Below are positions 42,283 through 51,886 of a DNA stretch of 64,000 bases, one piece after another. The notes under the pieces are model-generated. The model ran no database searches. It was not told the origin of the DNA and saw only the letters and a list, made by a program, of their open reading frames with translations. The first letter of the stretch is position 1; each line of letters starts with the position of its first letter. Location of the stretch: positions 4,139-68,138 of the forward strand of contig DATLUO010000088.1 of NCBI GenBank assembly GCA_035533075.1. Direction: 5' to 3'. This DNA comes from Pirellulales bacterium. GTDB taxonomy: Bacteria > Planctomycetota > Planctomycetia > Pirellulales > JAICIG01. A program made the position numbers and the translations under genes.

Positions 42283-42380
42283 GTAGGGTGGGACCAGCGA
42301 GCTTGCGAGCGCCGGCCCACCGTAATCGACGTCGCGCCGATGGTGGGCCGGCGCTCGCAAGCTCGCTGGTCCCACCCTAC
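42283..42380. repeat. REP-like element type 1, head-to-head pair (98 bp)
   Basis: GTAGGGTGGGACCAGCGAGCTTGCGAGCGCCGGCCCACCG-taatcgacgtcgcgccgat-GGTGGGCCGGCGCTCGCAAGCTCGCTGGTCCCACCCTAC. It is almost identical to 48340-48435. Confidence 0.92.
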
Positions 42381-42422
42381 GTTCGTTGCCAAGCTCAGGA
42401 GCAAAACCTTCGAAACAATCTC

Positions 42423-44750
42423 TCATCTCTCATCTCTCAGATGTTTGCGCAAAAACTCAAACGTCCTCTTGCCATTGATCGTATGCCCGCCGTTGAAGAC
42501 CTCCATCTCCGTGCGATCGCCCAGGCCAAGCCGATCGTAGGTCCGGCGGACCTTGGCGTATTCGTGCGCCACCCATTCGTCGGGCGCCACGCCGTCGGCA
42601 TGGCCGCGCTCCACCATGAAGGGCCGAGGCACCATCAGGTTCACCAACTCGGCGTAGCTGAAGGTGTTGCCCATGTCGAAGTAGGGCATCTCCCACTCGA
42701 TCGTGAACATGAAGCTATACGGACTGTGCGTCGATGCCACCTTGCGCGTCCAGTCGTTGAAATCGGCGGAGCAGATCGAGAGGCAATACCGCTCCAACAG
42801 CGGTGGCACCCGCACGGCGGTCTCGCCGCCGTAGCTCAGGCCGTAAAAGGCGATCCGCTTGGCATCGACATACGGCCACGTCTCCAGCCAGTTCAGAATC
42901 TGCTCGTGCTGGGCGAGAATGAACGAGAAGAGCGACGCCTTCACGCCGTTGGCCTTGCGGCTCAGCCGGCGATAGCGGTCTTCGCCCCGATAGGGATTGT
43001 GCGGCGCGAAGACGATGAAGCCCTCGTCAGCCAGCCGCGCCGCGAAGTCGTGATACCCGCGCTGGTCGCCCTCGATCACGTCCTTGGGCAAACCGTTCCG
43101 CCCATGTTGACAGACCACCACCGCCCGCTTCTCGCCCGGCTTCAAGTCGTTGGGCACCAGCAGCACGCCCCAGGCGAAAAGGTCGGGCAAGACGTCGAGC
43201 ACCACTTCGTGGCCGGTCCATTTCGGACGCTCGTAGGTTTTGCGCGACCGCGGGTTCGCCGGCAGCAGCGGCCCGTCGAATTTGCCGAACAGCTCCCGCC
43301 AGGCGTAATCGCGAAGTGGCCGCGTGCCGGCCACGAACGTGTCGACCGAAGTGGCATCGAGCTTCGAAAAGCGTTCGCGGGCGAGGTGCGAGTCGTTGAC
43401 CAGCGATTGGATGTGCTGTTCCAGGTCCTTCACCTGCCGCCGCTGCCGCTCGTGTGGATCAAAGGAGTGGCGGGCGTCGGCCAGCGGCTTCGACCGATCG
43501 GGCACGCGCAATGGAATGCCCAGGTCGTCGCAAAAGCCATCGAGCGCCGTCGGTCCGGCGTTGGTGCCATTCACCAACCGCCGCTTCTGCAAGCTGTCGG
43601 GCACCAACTCTTCGAGCCGCTTGAACTCCGCGGCAACTTCCTGCCATTTGGGTGTATCCAGGCGACCGTGGATGCCGTCCAGCGGAATGCCGTTGGCCTG
43701 AGCGGGCGTCGTGGTTTGCCGATCGACGAGATCCGGTCCACGGCGGTGTTCGATGGTCAACTTGCGGGGCGCGATGAGGCTGGCGATCTCGGCGTCGCCA
43801 AACTCGTGCAACAACGCCCAGACATTTCGATAGAGCGGCTCTTCGGCCACGCGCTGCCGGCTTCGGAAATAGCCGCTCACCAATGTCGACTCGATTCGCT
43901 GCTCGATGGCCGCCGCATAAAAGGCGACCAGTCCGCCCTCACCGTAACCGGTGACGGCGATCGGCGGACGGGGCAATTGCTGGGCGAGGCGCTTTTCGAA
44001 CCAGTCGATGGCCGCGAGCACCTTTTGCACTTCGTAGCCGATGATGTGCCGCCCGAGATGATACGCCTGCCGATAAATCCACTCGCGGTGCGAATAGCCG
44101 GGATTGGGCCGGCCGCTGATCGGGTTGCCCGTGAAGCGATCGTCGCGATTGACGAGCGTCGGCACCACGACCAGACAGCCCGATTCCGCCAAGATACGGG
44201 CCGTTTGCAGCTTGGGCTCGACCCCGCTCTGCAGTCCCGTCAATTGTTCGGGCGTTTGATCGGCATCGCCGAGCACGACGACGCAGGCCGCGGGCGGCTT
44301 CTCGGGTTCCAAAAGCAGTCCTTCGCCCCACACGCCCTCCAACACGGGCCAGCGGACCTGGAAAATGCGATAGCCGGCCGTTTCGGCGACCAGCGCCGGA
44401 CAATCGTCGTTGCCGAAGCGTTCCATCGAAGCTGGCAGCCGAGAATCAACGACGCCGATTTGCCGCGCGAAGCGTTGGCGGTTCGGCCCGACCGATTTTG
44501 CATACGCCTCGGCCGACGATGTATCGCGCTGCCAGTACTGGGACCGCAGCGCGATCGACTCCTCGATCTTGCGGTCGATAAGCCGATGAGCGCCGTCCAG
44601 CATGCGGGCCGACAGGTCGCCTTGCCAAGTCAGCGGCTGCGTGCCCGGCAAGCGGTCGTTTTCATCGGCCGTTGCCGCGGAAGCGAGCGAGAGAGCAAGC
44701 ACGAACCCCAAGTTTCGTGCCGCGAGCGATCTCGATAGAAACGGCTTCAC
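42423..44750 (-). CDS. Secreted alpha/beta-hydrolase (dienelactone hydrolase/peptidase S9-like), two hydrolase-like halves
   Basis: ORF 42423..44750. The GTG start gives the signal peptide MKPFLSRSLAARNLGFVLALSLASAATA. The nucleophile elbow is FYGLSYGG. Also VVCQHGRNG...FIVFAPHNPYRG. The start overlaps the rpsT stop by 1 nt. Confidence 0.7.
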   Translation of the reverse strand: MKPFLSRSLAARNLGFVLALSLASAATADENDRLPGTQPLTWQGDLSARMLDGAHRLIDRKIEESIALRSQYWQRDTSSAEAYAKSVGPNRQRFARQIGVVDSRLPASMERFGNDDCPALVAETAGYRIFQVRWPVLEGVWGEGLLLEPEKPPAACVVVLGDADQTPEQLTGLQSGVEPKLQTARILAESGCLVVVPTLVNRDDRFTGNPISGRPNPGYSHREWIYRQAYHLGRHIIGYEVQKVLAAIDWFEKRLAQQLPRPPIAVTGYGEGGLVAFYAAAIEQRIESTLVSGYFRSRQRVAEEPLYRNVWALLHEFGDAEIASLIAPRKLTIEHRRGPDLVDRQTTTPAQANGIPLDGIHGRLDTPKWQEVAAEFKRLEELVPDSLQKRRLVNGTNAGPTALDGFCDDLGIPLRVPDRSKPLADARHSFDPHERQRRQVKDLEQHIQSLVNDSHLARERFSKLDATSVDTFVAGTRPLRDYAWRELFGKFDGPLLPANPRSRKTYERPKWTGHEVVLDVLPDLFAWGVLLVPNDLKPGEKRAVVVCQHGRNGLPKDVIEGDQRGYHDFAARLADEGFIVFAPHNPYRGEDRYRRLSRKANGVKASLFSFILAQHEQILNWLETWPYVDAKRIAFYGLSYGGETAVRVPPLLERYCLSICSADFNDWTRKVASTHSPYSFMFTIEWEMPYFDMGNTFSYAELVNLMVPRPFMVERGHADGVAPDEWVAHEYAKVRRTYDRLGLGDRTEMEVFNGGHTINGKRTFEFLRKHLRDER

Positions 44751-45034
44751 TATGCCTGAGCGGGCTGTGTTTGTTTGGCCGCCTTGATCGCCGCCGAAAG
44801 GCGCGATTTGAGCCGTGCGGCCGCGTTGCGATGAATAATCCGCCGCGATGCCGCCTGGTCGAGCTTCTTCGCGGCCACGCGGTACTGCTCTTGGGCTTGC
44901 ATCGCGTTGCCGTCCGCCAGCGCCGAGCGGACCTTCTTCACGAGCGTTCTTAATGTGGCCTTGGCCGCGCGATTGCGGGTCCGGCGGCCGAGGTTCTGGC
45001 GGAGACGTTTCTTGGCGCTTTTGGTATTGGGCAT
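44750..45034 (-). CDS. rpsT: 30S ribosomal protein S20
   Basis: Within ORF 44750..45118. The ATG at 45034 gives MPNTKSAKKRLRQNLGRRTRNRAAKATLRT... The longer ORF starts inside a REP element (MGQASLRAPAH). Confidence 0.93.
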   Translation of the reverse strand: MPNTKSAKKRLRQNLGRRTRNRAAKATLRTLVKKVRSALADGNAMQAQEQYRVAAKKLDQAASRRIIHRNAAARLKSRLSAAIKAAKQTQPAQA

Positions 45035-45081
45035 AATTGGAACAAGCAGGAAAACAATGTTCGTCGTGGTCTGGCGCTGTT

Positions 45082-45123
45082 TACGGTGGGCCGGCGCTCG
45101 CAAGCTCGCTTGCCCCACCTTAC
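45082..45123 (+). repeat. REP-like element type 1 (single, degenerate)
   Basis: TTACGGTGGGCCGGCGCTCGCAAGCTCGCTTGCCCCACCTTAC, between the TPR-gene stop and the rpsT start. Confidence 0.8.
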
Positions 45124-45148
45124 GATGGTCTCCAGCCGCGGAAGCAGG

Positions 45149-46561
45149 TCAAGTCTCGCTATCTTCGCGTAATTTTTGGAGTTTGTCCAGACGTTCGCCC
45201 ACGTCCTTGTAGGCAAAGTCGAGCCCCGCCAGGGCATTCAGGTGCTTCTCGGCTTTCTCGTAGTCCTTGACGCGGTCCATGCCCACGCAGCCGGCGCGAT
45301 ACATGGCCCGCTTGCGGTCGTCCATCGAGCGGTCGCTGATGTGCTCGATCGCTTCCTCATAGTGCGTCAAAGCCAGCTTGTATTGCTTGATGGCCTCGAA
45401 GCAGGCGCCCAGCCAAAAGAGCACCATCCCTTTGCGTTTGGGATCGGTGCGGGCTTCTTGCAAAATACGAATGCCTTCCTGAAAGTTCTTGGCGTGAAAC
45501 AGGCGCACCCCCAGCTCATACTTGTAGCCCAGGTTTGTCGGATACCGCTCGCAACGGTTGCGATAGGTTTCGAGCTCCTTGTTGTTCAGCTCGTTTTTCA
45601 TCCGGTTGTAAAGCTCGACGGCCTCGTCGCTGTTCTCGGCTTTGGCCCGCTTTTCGGCGATCAGCACCTGGTGCCGGGCATGCCGCAGCTCGACGTCTTC
45701 CAGATATTCCCGCACTTCAAGGCTGCCGCCCGACGCCTCCAGGCCGCGCTTCAGCACCGCCTCGGCCTGGGTGAACTGCTCTTGCTTCACGTGCAGATCG
45801 GCCAGCTCGAGGTACAGCGAGATATTCGCCGGGTCTTTGGCGATCCGCTTTTCAAGCTGCTGTTCGGGCGAAAGGCGCTGGCCGCCCGTCCCTTGCCGGT
45901 CGGCCATGGCCTGCTTGTCGGCCATCACCTCCGTACTGCTTTCGGCGTCTTCGTAACCGCCCTTGTGGATCGTCTTTTCGACCTGCAGATTGGCGATGGC
46001 GCGATGGGCCTCTTCGTCGTTCGGTTTGGCTTGCTGCACGCGCATCCAACAGGCGATCGCCTGGTCGAACTGTCCCTGCTTGGCCAGCGCGCGGCCCAGC
46101 AGCCGGTTGACTTCGGGGTCTTTGATGTCGGCTTCGAGCGCGCCTTTGAGCCAGACGATCTGGCACTCTTCGAATTGGAGGTGATCGCAAGCGTTGGCCA
46201 TTTCCGCGAGCGTGCCCGTGTCCCAAGGATTCAGCTTGAGCACTTCCAGACCGCTGGCGATCACGCCCAGCCAGTCTTTGCGCTTGGAGGCGTAGGTCAC
46301 GCCGCCCTTGGATTTTGCCGAGCGCATCGCGGCCAGTGCCGCGCCGCTCTTGTTGTTGTTATACTTTTTTTGGAGGTTGGCCAGGAAGTTTTGCGCGTAG
46401 AGCAGGTTGGCCGGGTCGCCGACCACGCACTGCGTAAACATCTGGGCGGCGTAATCGAAATTGCCGCTCGCCGATTTGCTGCTGCCCGCCTCAAAGCATT
46501 GTTGCAGCATCTTCCGCTTGCCCGGCGGAATGGGTTGCCTGCCTTTGGTGTCTTCAGCCAT
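45149..46561 (-). CDS. Tetratricopeptide-repeat protein
   Basis: ORF 45149..46561. It has multiple 34-aa TPR-like units (for example ...GQFDQAIACWMRVQQAKPNDEEAH..., ...KQYKLALTHYEEAIEH...). Confidence 0.75.
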   Translation of the reverse strand: MAEDTKGRQPIPPGKRKMLQQCFEAGSSKSASGNFDYAAQMFTQCVVGDPANLLYAQNFLANLQKKYNNNKSGAALAAMRSAKSKGGVTYASKRKDWLGVIASGLEVLKLNPWDTGTLAEMANACDHLQFEECQIVWLKGALEADIKDPEVNRLLGRALAKQGQFDQAIACWMRVQQAKPNDEEAHRAIANLQVEKTIHKGGYEDAESSTEVMADKQAMADRQGTGGQRLSPEQQLEKRIAKDPANISLYLELADLHVKQEQFTQAEAVLKRGLEASGGSLEVREYLEDVELRHARHQVLIAEKRAKAENSDEAVELYNRMKNELNNKELETYRNRCERYPTNLGYKYELGVRLFHAKNFQEGIRILQEARTDPKRKGMVLFWLGACFEAIKQYKLALTHYEEAIEHISDRSMDDRKRAMYRAGCVGMDRVKDYEKAEKHLNALAGLDFAYKDVGERLDKLQKLREDSET

Positions 46562-46679
46562 GCTCGAATGGAAGGAAAAAGGTTGCCCGCCGCCGTGACG
46601 GACGCAATCGCGGAATCAGGGCACACTAACGATCGTTATTCTATCACCCGCCCAGTCGAAAACAACAAACCCCCCACGC

Positions 46680-48212
46680 GTGACCGCTTTGACTCGTGCC
46701 GAACAACCCGCCGCCGGCCGCGTTTACCTGGTAGGCGCCGGGCCGGGCGATCCGGGACTCATCACCCTGCGCGGCGTCGAGTGCCTGCGCCGGGCCGACG
46801 TGGTGCTCTACGATTACCTGGTCAACCCGCAAATCCTCGAACACGCCGCGCCCCAGGCCGAGCTAGCTTGCCTGGGCTGCCACGCCCAGGGGCGCATCTG
46901 GCCGCAGTCGGAAGTCAATCGACGGCTTGTGGCCGAAGCACGCGCCGGCAAAACCGTCGTCCGCCTGAAAGGGGGCGACCCGGCCGTGTTTGCACGGGCG
47001 GCCGAGGAGCTCGCGGCGCTGACGGAAGCGGGTATCGCGTTCGCGGTTGTGCCCGGCGTGACGGCCGCCTTGGCCGCCGCCAGTTACGCCGGCATCCCGC
47101 TCACGCACCGCGACGGCGCCTCGGCGGTGGCGTTGGTCACGGGCCACGAGGCCGACAAGGACGCGCCGGCACTCGATTATGCCGCGCTGGCGGCGTTCCC
47201 CGGCACGCTGGTGTTTTACATGGGCGTGACCACGGCCAAGCATTGGACCGGCGCTTTGATCGAGGCGGGCAAGGCCCCTTCGACGCCGGCCGCGATCATT
47301 CGCCGTTGCTCGTGGCCCGATCAACGGACGATTCGCTGCACGCTGGGCACGGTGGCCGAGCGCGTGGCGGCCGAAACACTGCGGCCGCCGGCGATGGTGA
47401 TTGTCGGCGAAGCCGCCGGGCTGGAGCATGCCGGCGAGTGGTTCACGCGCCGGCCGTTGTTCGGCGCCAAAATCGTGGTGACACGGCCCCGTGGCCAGTG
47501 CGACCCGCTGCGCAGCCGGCTGGCCGAGTTGGGCGCCGATGTGCTCTTGCAACCCGCCATTGAAATCGTCCCGCCCGAAAACTGGCAGGCGGTCGATGCC
47601 GCGCTGAGCCGGCTGACCGATTTCGACTGGCTCGTTTTTTCCAGTGCCAATGGTGTCGAACATCTGATCGCTCGGCTGCTGGCGGCCCATGGCGACTTGC
47701 GAAAGTTGGGCGGCGTTCGCCTGGCGGCGATCGGTCCCGGCACGGCCGATGCGCTGGCAACGTTTCACTTGCGGGCCGATTTGGTTCCGCCCGAATATCG
47801 AGCGGAGTCGCTGGCCGACGCGCTGGCTGCCCAGACGGCCGGCCGGCGCGTGTTGTTGGTGCGGGCCAGCCGCGGCCGAGAGGTGCTGGCCGAGCGGCTG
47901 GAAGCGGCGGGCACCGTCGTCGAACAGGTGGTCGCCTATCAAAGCCGCGATGTGACGCAAAGTGATGATCTGGTCGCCGAGCTACTGCGTCAGGGCGGCA
48001 TTGCCTGGATCACGGTGACCAGTTCGGCCATCGCCCGCTCGTTGGCCGCGATGTTTGGCGACAACCTGCGCCGCACGCGACTGGCCAGCATCAGCCCCGT
48101 GACGTCGGCGACTTTGCGGGAACTGGGCTTTGAGCCCGCGGCGGAAGCCGAAGTTTATATAGTTGACGGCCTCATTGAGGCGCTGTTGCGCGGCGACAAC
48201 CGGCACGCTTGA
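46680..48212 (+). CDS. cobA: Uroporphyrinogen-III C-methyltransferase fused to uroporphyrinogen-III synthase (CobA-HemD)
   Basis: ORF 46680..48212 with a GTG start. VYLVGAGPGDPGLITLRG...VVRLKGGDP is the SUMT signature. The C-terminal ~250 aa (GAKIVVTRPRGQ...RLAAIGPGTADAL...) look HemD-like. Confidence 0.85.
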   Translation: MTALTRAEQPAAGRVYLVGAGPGDPGLITLRGVECLRRADVVLYDYLVNPQILEHAAPQAELACLGCHAQGRIWPQSEVNRRLVAEARAGKTVVRLKGGDPAVFARAAEELAALTEAGIAFAVVPGVTAALAAASYAGIPLTHRDGASAVALVTGHEADKDAPALDYAALAAFPGTLVFYMGVTTAKHWTGALIEAGKAPSTPAAIIRRCSWPDQRTIRCTLGTVAERVAAETLRPPAMVIVGEAAGLEHAGEWFTRRPLFGAKIVVTRPRGQCDPLRSRLAELGADVLLQPAIEIVPPENWQAVDAALSRLTDFDWLVFSSANGVEHLIARLLAAHGDLRKLGGVRLAAIGPGTADALATFHLRADLVPPEYRAESLADALAAQTAGRRVLLVRASRGREVLAERLEAAGTVVEQVVAYQSRDVTQSDDLVAELLRQGGIAWITVTSSAIARSLAAMFGDNLRRTRLASISPVTSATLRELGFEPAAEAEVYIVDGLIEALLRGDNRHA

Positions 48213-48339
48213 CGCAAACGGCAGACTTTGCCCGGCAGGCGCGCCGCCGGTTTGGTCGAGCGGCCCGTTGGCGCCTGCCGACGTCTGATGAAGGGACACG
48301 CACTGGTAGCAGAATTCGTGAGAATTCTGGCCGCCAGGC

Positions 48340-48435
48340 GTAGGGTGGGACCAGCGAGCTTGCGAGCGCCGGCCCACCGTAATCGACGTCGCCAATGGTG
48401 GGCCGGCGCTCGCAAGCTCGCTGGTCCCACCCTAC
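48340..48435. repeat. REP-like element type 1, head-to-head pair (96 bp)
   Basis: Same architecture and loop (taatcgacgtcgcc) as 42283-42380. Confidence 0.92.
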
Positions 48436-48461
48436 GATCCGCTCTAACGGAGGCCAACGGC

Positions 48462-49205
48462 ATGTCGAGACCGTCAGCAACGGGTATCTGCGTTCTTTCC
48501 ATCGATGTCGTGTCTGGCGATGCCGGCACTGCCGACCTATGCCTGCGATTGGCGGCGGCCGATGTGCCGGCCACTTGGAGCATCGCGTCGTCCCCGTGCG
48601 ACGAGCTATGCGCGGCGCTGCGGCAACAGCCCGGCAATGAAGTCGCGTTGCTGGCCGGTGGCTGGGCGGCGGAACCATCGGACCGCAGGACGTTTTCCCG
48701 ATCGCTGACCAGCAGCCTGGCGGACCTTCGCTCGGCCGGCTATTACCCCACGACCATTGCACTGCCCATAGGTCGCCTGGCCACCCACGACGACCTGCTT
48801 GCCAAGCACGACATCTGCGTCGCTCGGGTAAGCCAGCGCCGCCAGCAGCCCAAGGCCCGCGGTTGGTGGCCGCGACTCCGTTCGACGCCGGAGTCAACCG
48901 CCGTTGCCAACTTGCGCTGGGGCCTGTGGGAAGCGGCGGTGACGGTCGACCTGCGCGACGCCGGCCTGCGCGGCGTCGCTAAGACCGTCGATCGACTTAC
49001 CGGCCGCGGAGGTTCGGCCATCGTCGTTGCCCCTTCCGACGTTTTGGCGTCGGACGCCCGTGCCACGTCGAAGCTGATCGGCCACCTTGCCCGTCGGCGC
49101 GAGGAGCAGGCGCTGCGGGTCACGACGCTGGCCGGGATTGCCGGCGATTTCCGGGCGGCACGTCCCGCCACGGCCGCCCGTTCGATCCTTCGCCCGGCGG
49201 CATAG
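48462..49205 (+). CDS. Hypothetical protein (247 aa)
   Basis: Within ORF 48228..49205. The ATG at 48462 is preceded by ACGGAGG. Upstream codons of the long ORF are REP-derived. There is a weak resemblance to polysaccharide-deacetylase-like proteins, with no firm motif. Confidence 0.5.
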   Translation: MSRPSATGICVLSIDVVSGDAGTADLCLRLAAADVPATWSIASSPCDELCAALRQQPGNEVALLAGGWAAEPSDRRTFSRSLTSSLADLRSAGYYPTTIALPIGRLATHDDLLAKHDICVARVSQRRQQPKARGWWPRLRSTPESTAVANLRWGLWEAAVTVDLRDAGLRGVAKTVDRLTGRGGSAIVVAPSDVLASDARATSKLIGHLARRREEQALRVTTLAGIAGDFRAARPATAARSILRPAA

Positions 49206-49242
49206 GGCCTGCGGAGCGATCGACTCGTGGTAGAATGGCAAC

Positions 49243-50328
49243 ATGATGCTGGACGATAAGCAACGGCAGTCTGCGCTCGAAGGCAAGCCTGTCGAAATCA
49301 CCGATCGGAACGAGGTTTTTTACCATCTTTCCAAGCAGCAATTCGATGAGCTGCAGCGGATACGGCCGCGCCGAGCACTCACGTTGATCGAGTTGCTGGT
49401 GGTGATCGCCATCATCGGTATTCTGGTTGCCTTGCTGTTGCCGGCGGTTCAAGCCGCCCGTGAGGCGGCGCGGCGGGTGCAATGCGTCAACCACCTCAAG
49501 CAATATGCCATCGCCACGCACGGGCACGTCGATGTGACCGGGTATTATCCCACGGGCGGCTGGGGATGGGACTGGGTGGGCGATCCGAACCGCGGCACCG
49601 ACGAGCGACAGCCCGGCGGCTGGAATTTCAACTTGCAGCCGTACATGGAGCAGACTCAAACCTATGGCCTGGGCGCCGGACTCGACGGACCGCAGCAGGC
49701 GGCGGCGCTGACGCGCATGGTGCGCACCTATGAACGCTACTTTAACTGTCCGACCCGGCGCGGCGGACAGCTTTTTCTGAACGCCTTCGGCGGGGGATTC
49801 GTGGCGTACAACGCCGGCCCCTCCGACGAGGTGGCGCGGCTCGACTATGCCGTCAATGTCGGCGATCAACTTCTCGACGAATACGACGGCGGCCCCGCCA
49901 GCCTGGCGACGGGCGACGACCCGGCCTATCCCTGGCCCGACACCAGCGGATTGACGGGCGTCTGCTTTCGCCGCAGCCGCGTCCGGCCGGCCGATCTGAG
50001 CGACGGATCGAGTTGCACGTATTTGATCGGCGAGAAGTACCTCAATCCCGACGCGTACTATTCCGGCACGGACGCCGCCGACAACGAGGACGCCTATGTC
50101 GGTTTCGACAACGACATCTGCCGCACGACCGTCGCGGGGCGAACGCCCATGCTCGACACCAAGGGCTTCGCCGACACGTTCCGCTTCGGCAGCGCCCATC
50201 CGGTAACGTTCAACATGGCTTTCTGCGACGGCTCAGTCCACTCGATCGCATACACGATCGACGGCGAGGTCCACCGCCGGCTGGGAAACCGGCGCGACGG
50301 CACGCGCGTGGAATTGCCGGGACGGTAG
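49243..50328 (+). CDS. DUF1559 protein with a prepilin-type N-terminal methylation motif and a C-terminal H-X9-DG motif
   Basis: ORF 49243..50328. [42 protein letters not shown] and [17 protein letters not shown]. An unusually long leader of about 45 aa precedes the pilin-like motif. Confidence 0.85.
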   Translation: MMLDDKQRQSALEGKPVEITDRNEVFYHLSKQQFDELQRIRPRRALTLIELLVVIAIIGILVALLLPAVQAAREAARRVQCVNHLKQYAIATHGHVDVTGYYPTGGWGWDWVGDPNRGTDERQPGGWNFNLQPYMEQTQTYGLGAGLDGPQQAAALTRMVRTYERYFNCPTRRGGQLFLNAFGGGFVAYNAGPSDEVARLDYAVNVGDQLLDEYDGGPASLATGDDPAYPWPDTSGLTGVCFRRSRVRPADLSDGSSCTYLIGEKYLNPDAYYSGTDAADNEDAYVGFDNDICRTTVAGRTPMLDTKGFADTFRFGSAHPVTFNMAFCDGSVHSIAYTIDGEVHRRLGNRRDGTRVELPGR

Positions 50329-50410
50329 ACCTGGGCTGTTTGCCGCCCGATTTGATTCTATTTCGAGTGAAATGGCTCGATCTCCACCTGAAAACGGACA
50401 GGGGAGCAGC

Positions 50411-51886
50411 TTACGCGAGCACGCCGTCGATCGGTTTTCCGTGAACGTTGGTCAGGCGGCGGCGAATGCCGTTGTGGTAGAACGTCAGGCGCTCGTGGTC
50501 GATGCCCAGCAGACGGAGGATGGTGGCATGGAAGTCGTGCCACGTCACCGGGTTTTCGACGGCCCGCAGGCCGAAGTCGTCGGTCGAGCCGTAGGCCAGG
50601 CCATGCTTCAGGCCGGCGCCGGCCAGCCAGGTGGAAAAGCCGTACTGGTTGTGATCGCGGCCTTTGCCCAAAGTGCCGCCGCCGGATTGCGTGAACGGCG
50701 TGCGACCGAACTCGGTGCTGAAGATCACCAGCGTGTCTTCCAACATGCCGCGCTGGCGGAGATCGGCCAACAGTCCGGCCAGCGGGCGATCGATGCGGGC
50801 GGCTTCCTGGTTGTGGTTGGCCACCATATCCTCGTGGCCGTCCCAATTGATGCGGGGAGATCCAAAGGCGCTGCCAGAAAAAAGTTGCACGAACCGCACC
50901 CCGCGCTCCAATAGCCGCCGTGCCAACAGGCAACTGCGGCCCACGTCGGTGGTTTCCGGCCGGCCTAGACCGTACAGCTCGTGTGTGGCCGCGGTCTCGC
51001 GGTCGAGATCCGACACTTCGGGCACGGCCAACTGCATGCGGGCGGCCATGTCGTAGCTGCGGATGCGGGCAAGCAGCGCGTCGCTCGCGCCGTGCTCCGC
51101 CAGGTGCCGCTCGTTCATCGCGACCAGCAGCCGCTGACTGGCGGCTTCGGTCGCGGCGTCGATCGGCCGCGCCGGCGCCAGGTCATGAATCGCCGGACCG
51201 CGACTGCGGACCGTCACGCCCTGGTGCCGGGCCGGCAGAAAGCCCTGCGACCAATTGATCGAGCCGCCCGCCGGCACGCCGCGGTTGTCGGGAATCACCA
51301 CGTAAGCCGGCAACTCGTCGGTTTCGCTCCCCAGCCCGAACGACAACCATGCCCCGAGCACCGGAAAACCATTCAGCCGAAAGCCCGTGTTGGCCTGAAA
51401 GGTGGCCGGCGTGTGGTTGGAAGTTTCCGCCGTCATCGAGCGGATGACCGTCAATTCGTCGGCGACTTGGGCCAGGTTAGGAAACAGTTCCGAAACCCAC
51501 AACCCGCTCTGCCCGCGCTGGCGGAACTCCCAATCATTCTTCCGCAATAGTCCGACCTGGCCGAAAAACACGTCGGGCTTTTCGCCGCCGGGCAGCGGTT
51601 GTCCGTGCAGACGCGCCAGTTCGGGACGGAAATCGAACGAGTCGATATGACTCAATCCGCCGCAGAGAAAAATGTGGATGGCCCGGCTGGCCTTGGGCGG
51701 AAAGTGCGGCGGCGGATCGTCAGCTTCGCCGGCGACCACGGCGGCCTGGGCCGGATTCTCACGGCCGAGCACTTCCGTCAGTGCGGCGGTTCCCAGACCG
51801 GCGCCGACCCACGAAAAGAACTCACGGCGTGTGGGCGGAATGACGGCAGGTGCGTCGTGTTGGTGGGTTTGCATGCGGCCGCTCAA
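50411..51886 (-). CDS. DUF1501 (sulfatase-fold) protein with a Tat-like signal
   Basis: ORF 50411..51886. TRREFFSWVGAGLGTAAL and GKGRDHNQYGF. There is a 4-nt overlap with the upstream PSD1 gene. Confidence 0.85.
   Translation of the reverse strand: MSGRMQTHQHDAPAVIPPTRREFFSWVGAGLGTAALTEVLGRENPAQAAVVAGEADDPPPHFPPKASRAIHIFLCGGLSHIDSFDFRPELARLHGQPLPGGEKPDVFFGQVGLLRKNDWEFRQRGQSGLWVSELFPNLAQVADELTVIRSMTAETSNHTPATFQANTGFRLNGFPVLGAWLSFGLGSETDELPAYVVIPDNRGVPAGGSINWSQGFLPARHQGVTVRSRGPAIHDLAPARPIDAATEAASQRLLVAMNERHLAEHGASDALLARIRSYDMAARMQLAVPEVSDLDRETAATHELYGLGRPETTDVGRSCLLARRLLERGVRFVQLFSGSAFGSPRINWDGHEDMVANHNQEAARIDRPLAGLLADLRQRGMLEDTLVIFSTEFGRTPFTQSGGGTLGKGRDHNQYGFSTWLAGAGLKHGLAYGSTDDFGLRAVENPVTWHDFHATILRLLGIDHERLTFYHNGIRRRLTNVHGKPIDGVLA

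Noticed and set aside
46562-46679. Possible cobalamin riboswitch upstream of cobA-hemD
   Set aside because: The spacer is only 118 nt. I find no B12-box-like sequence (GCCACTG context) and no conserved GGGAA/GGTG core.
42276-47563. Long plus-strand ORFs 42276..44738 (820 aa) and 45176..47563 (795 aa)
   Set aside because: They lie antisense to the alpha/beta-hydrolase and the TPR gene, or out of frame with cobA. They start in or read through REP elements and have no motifs. They are shadow ORFs.
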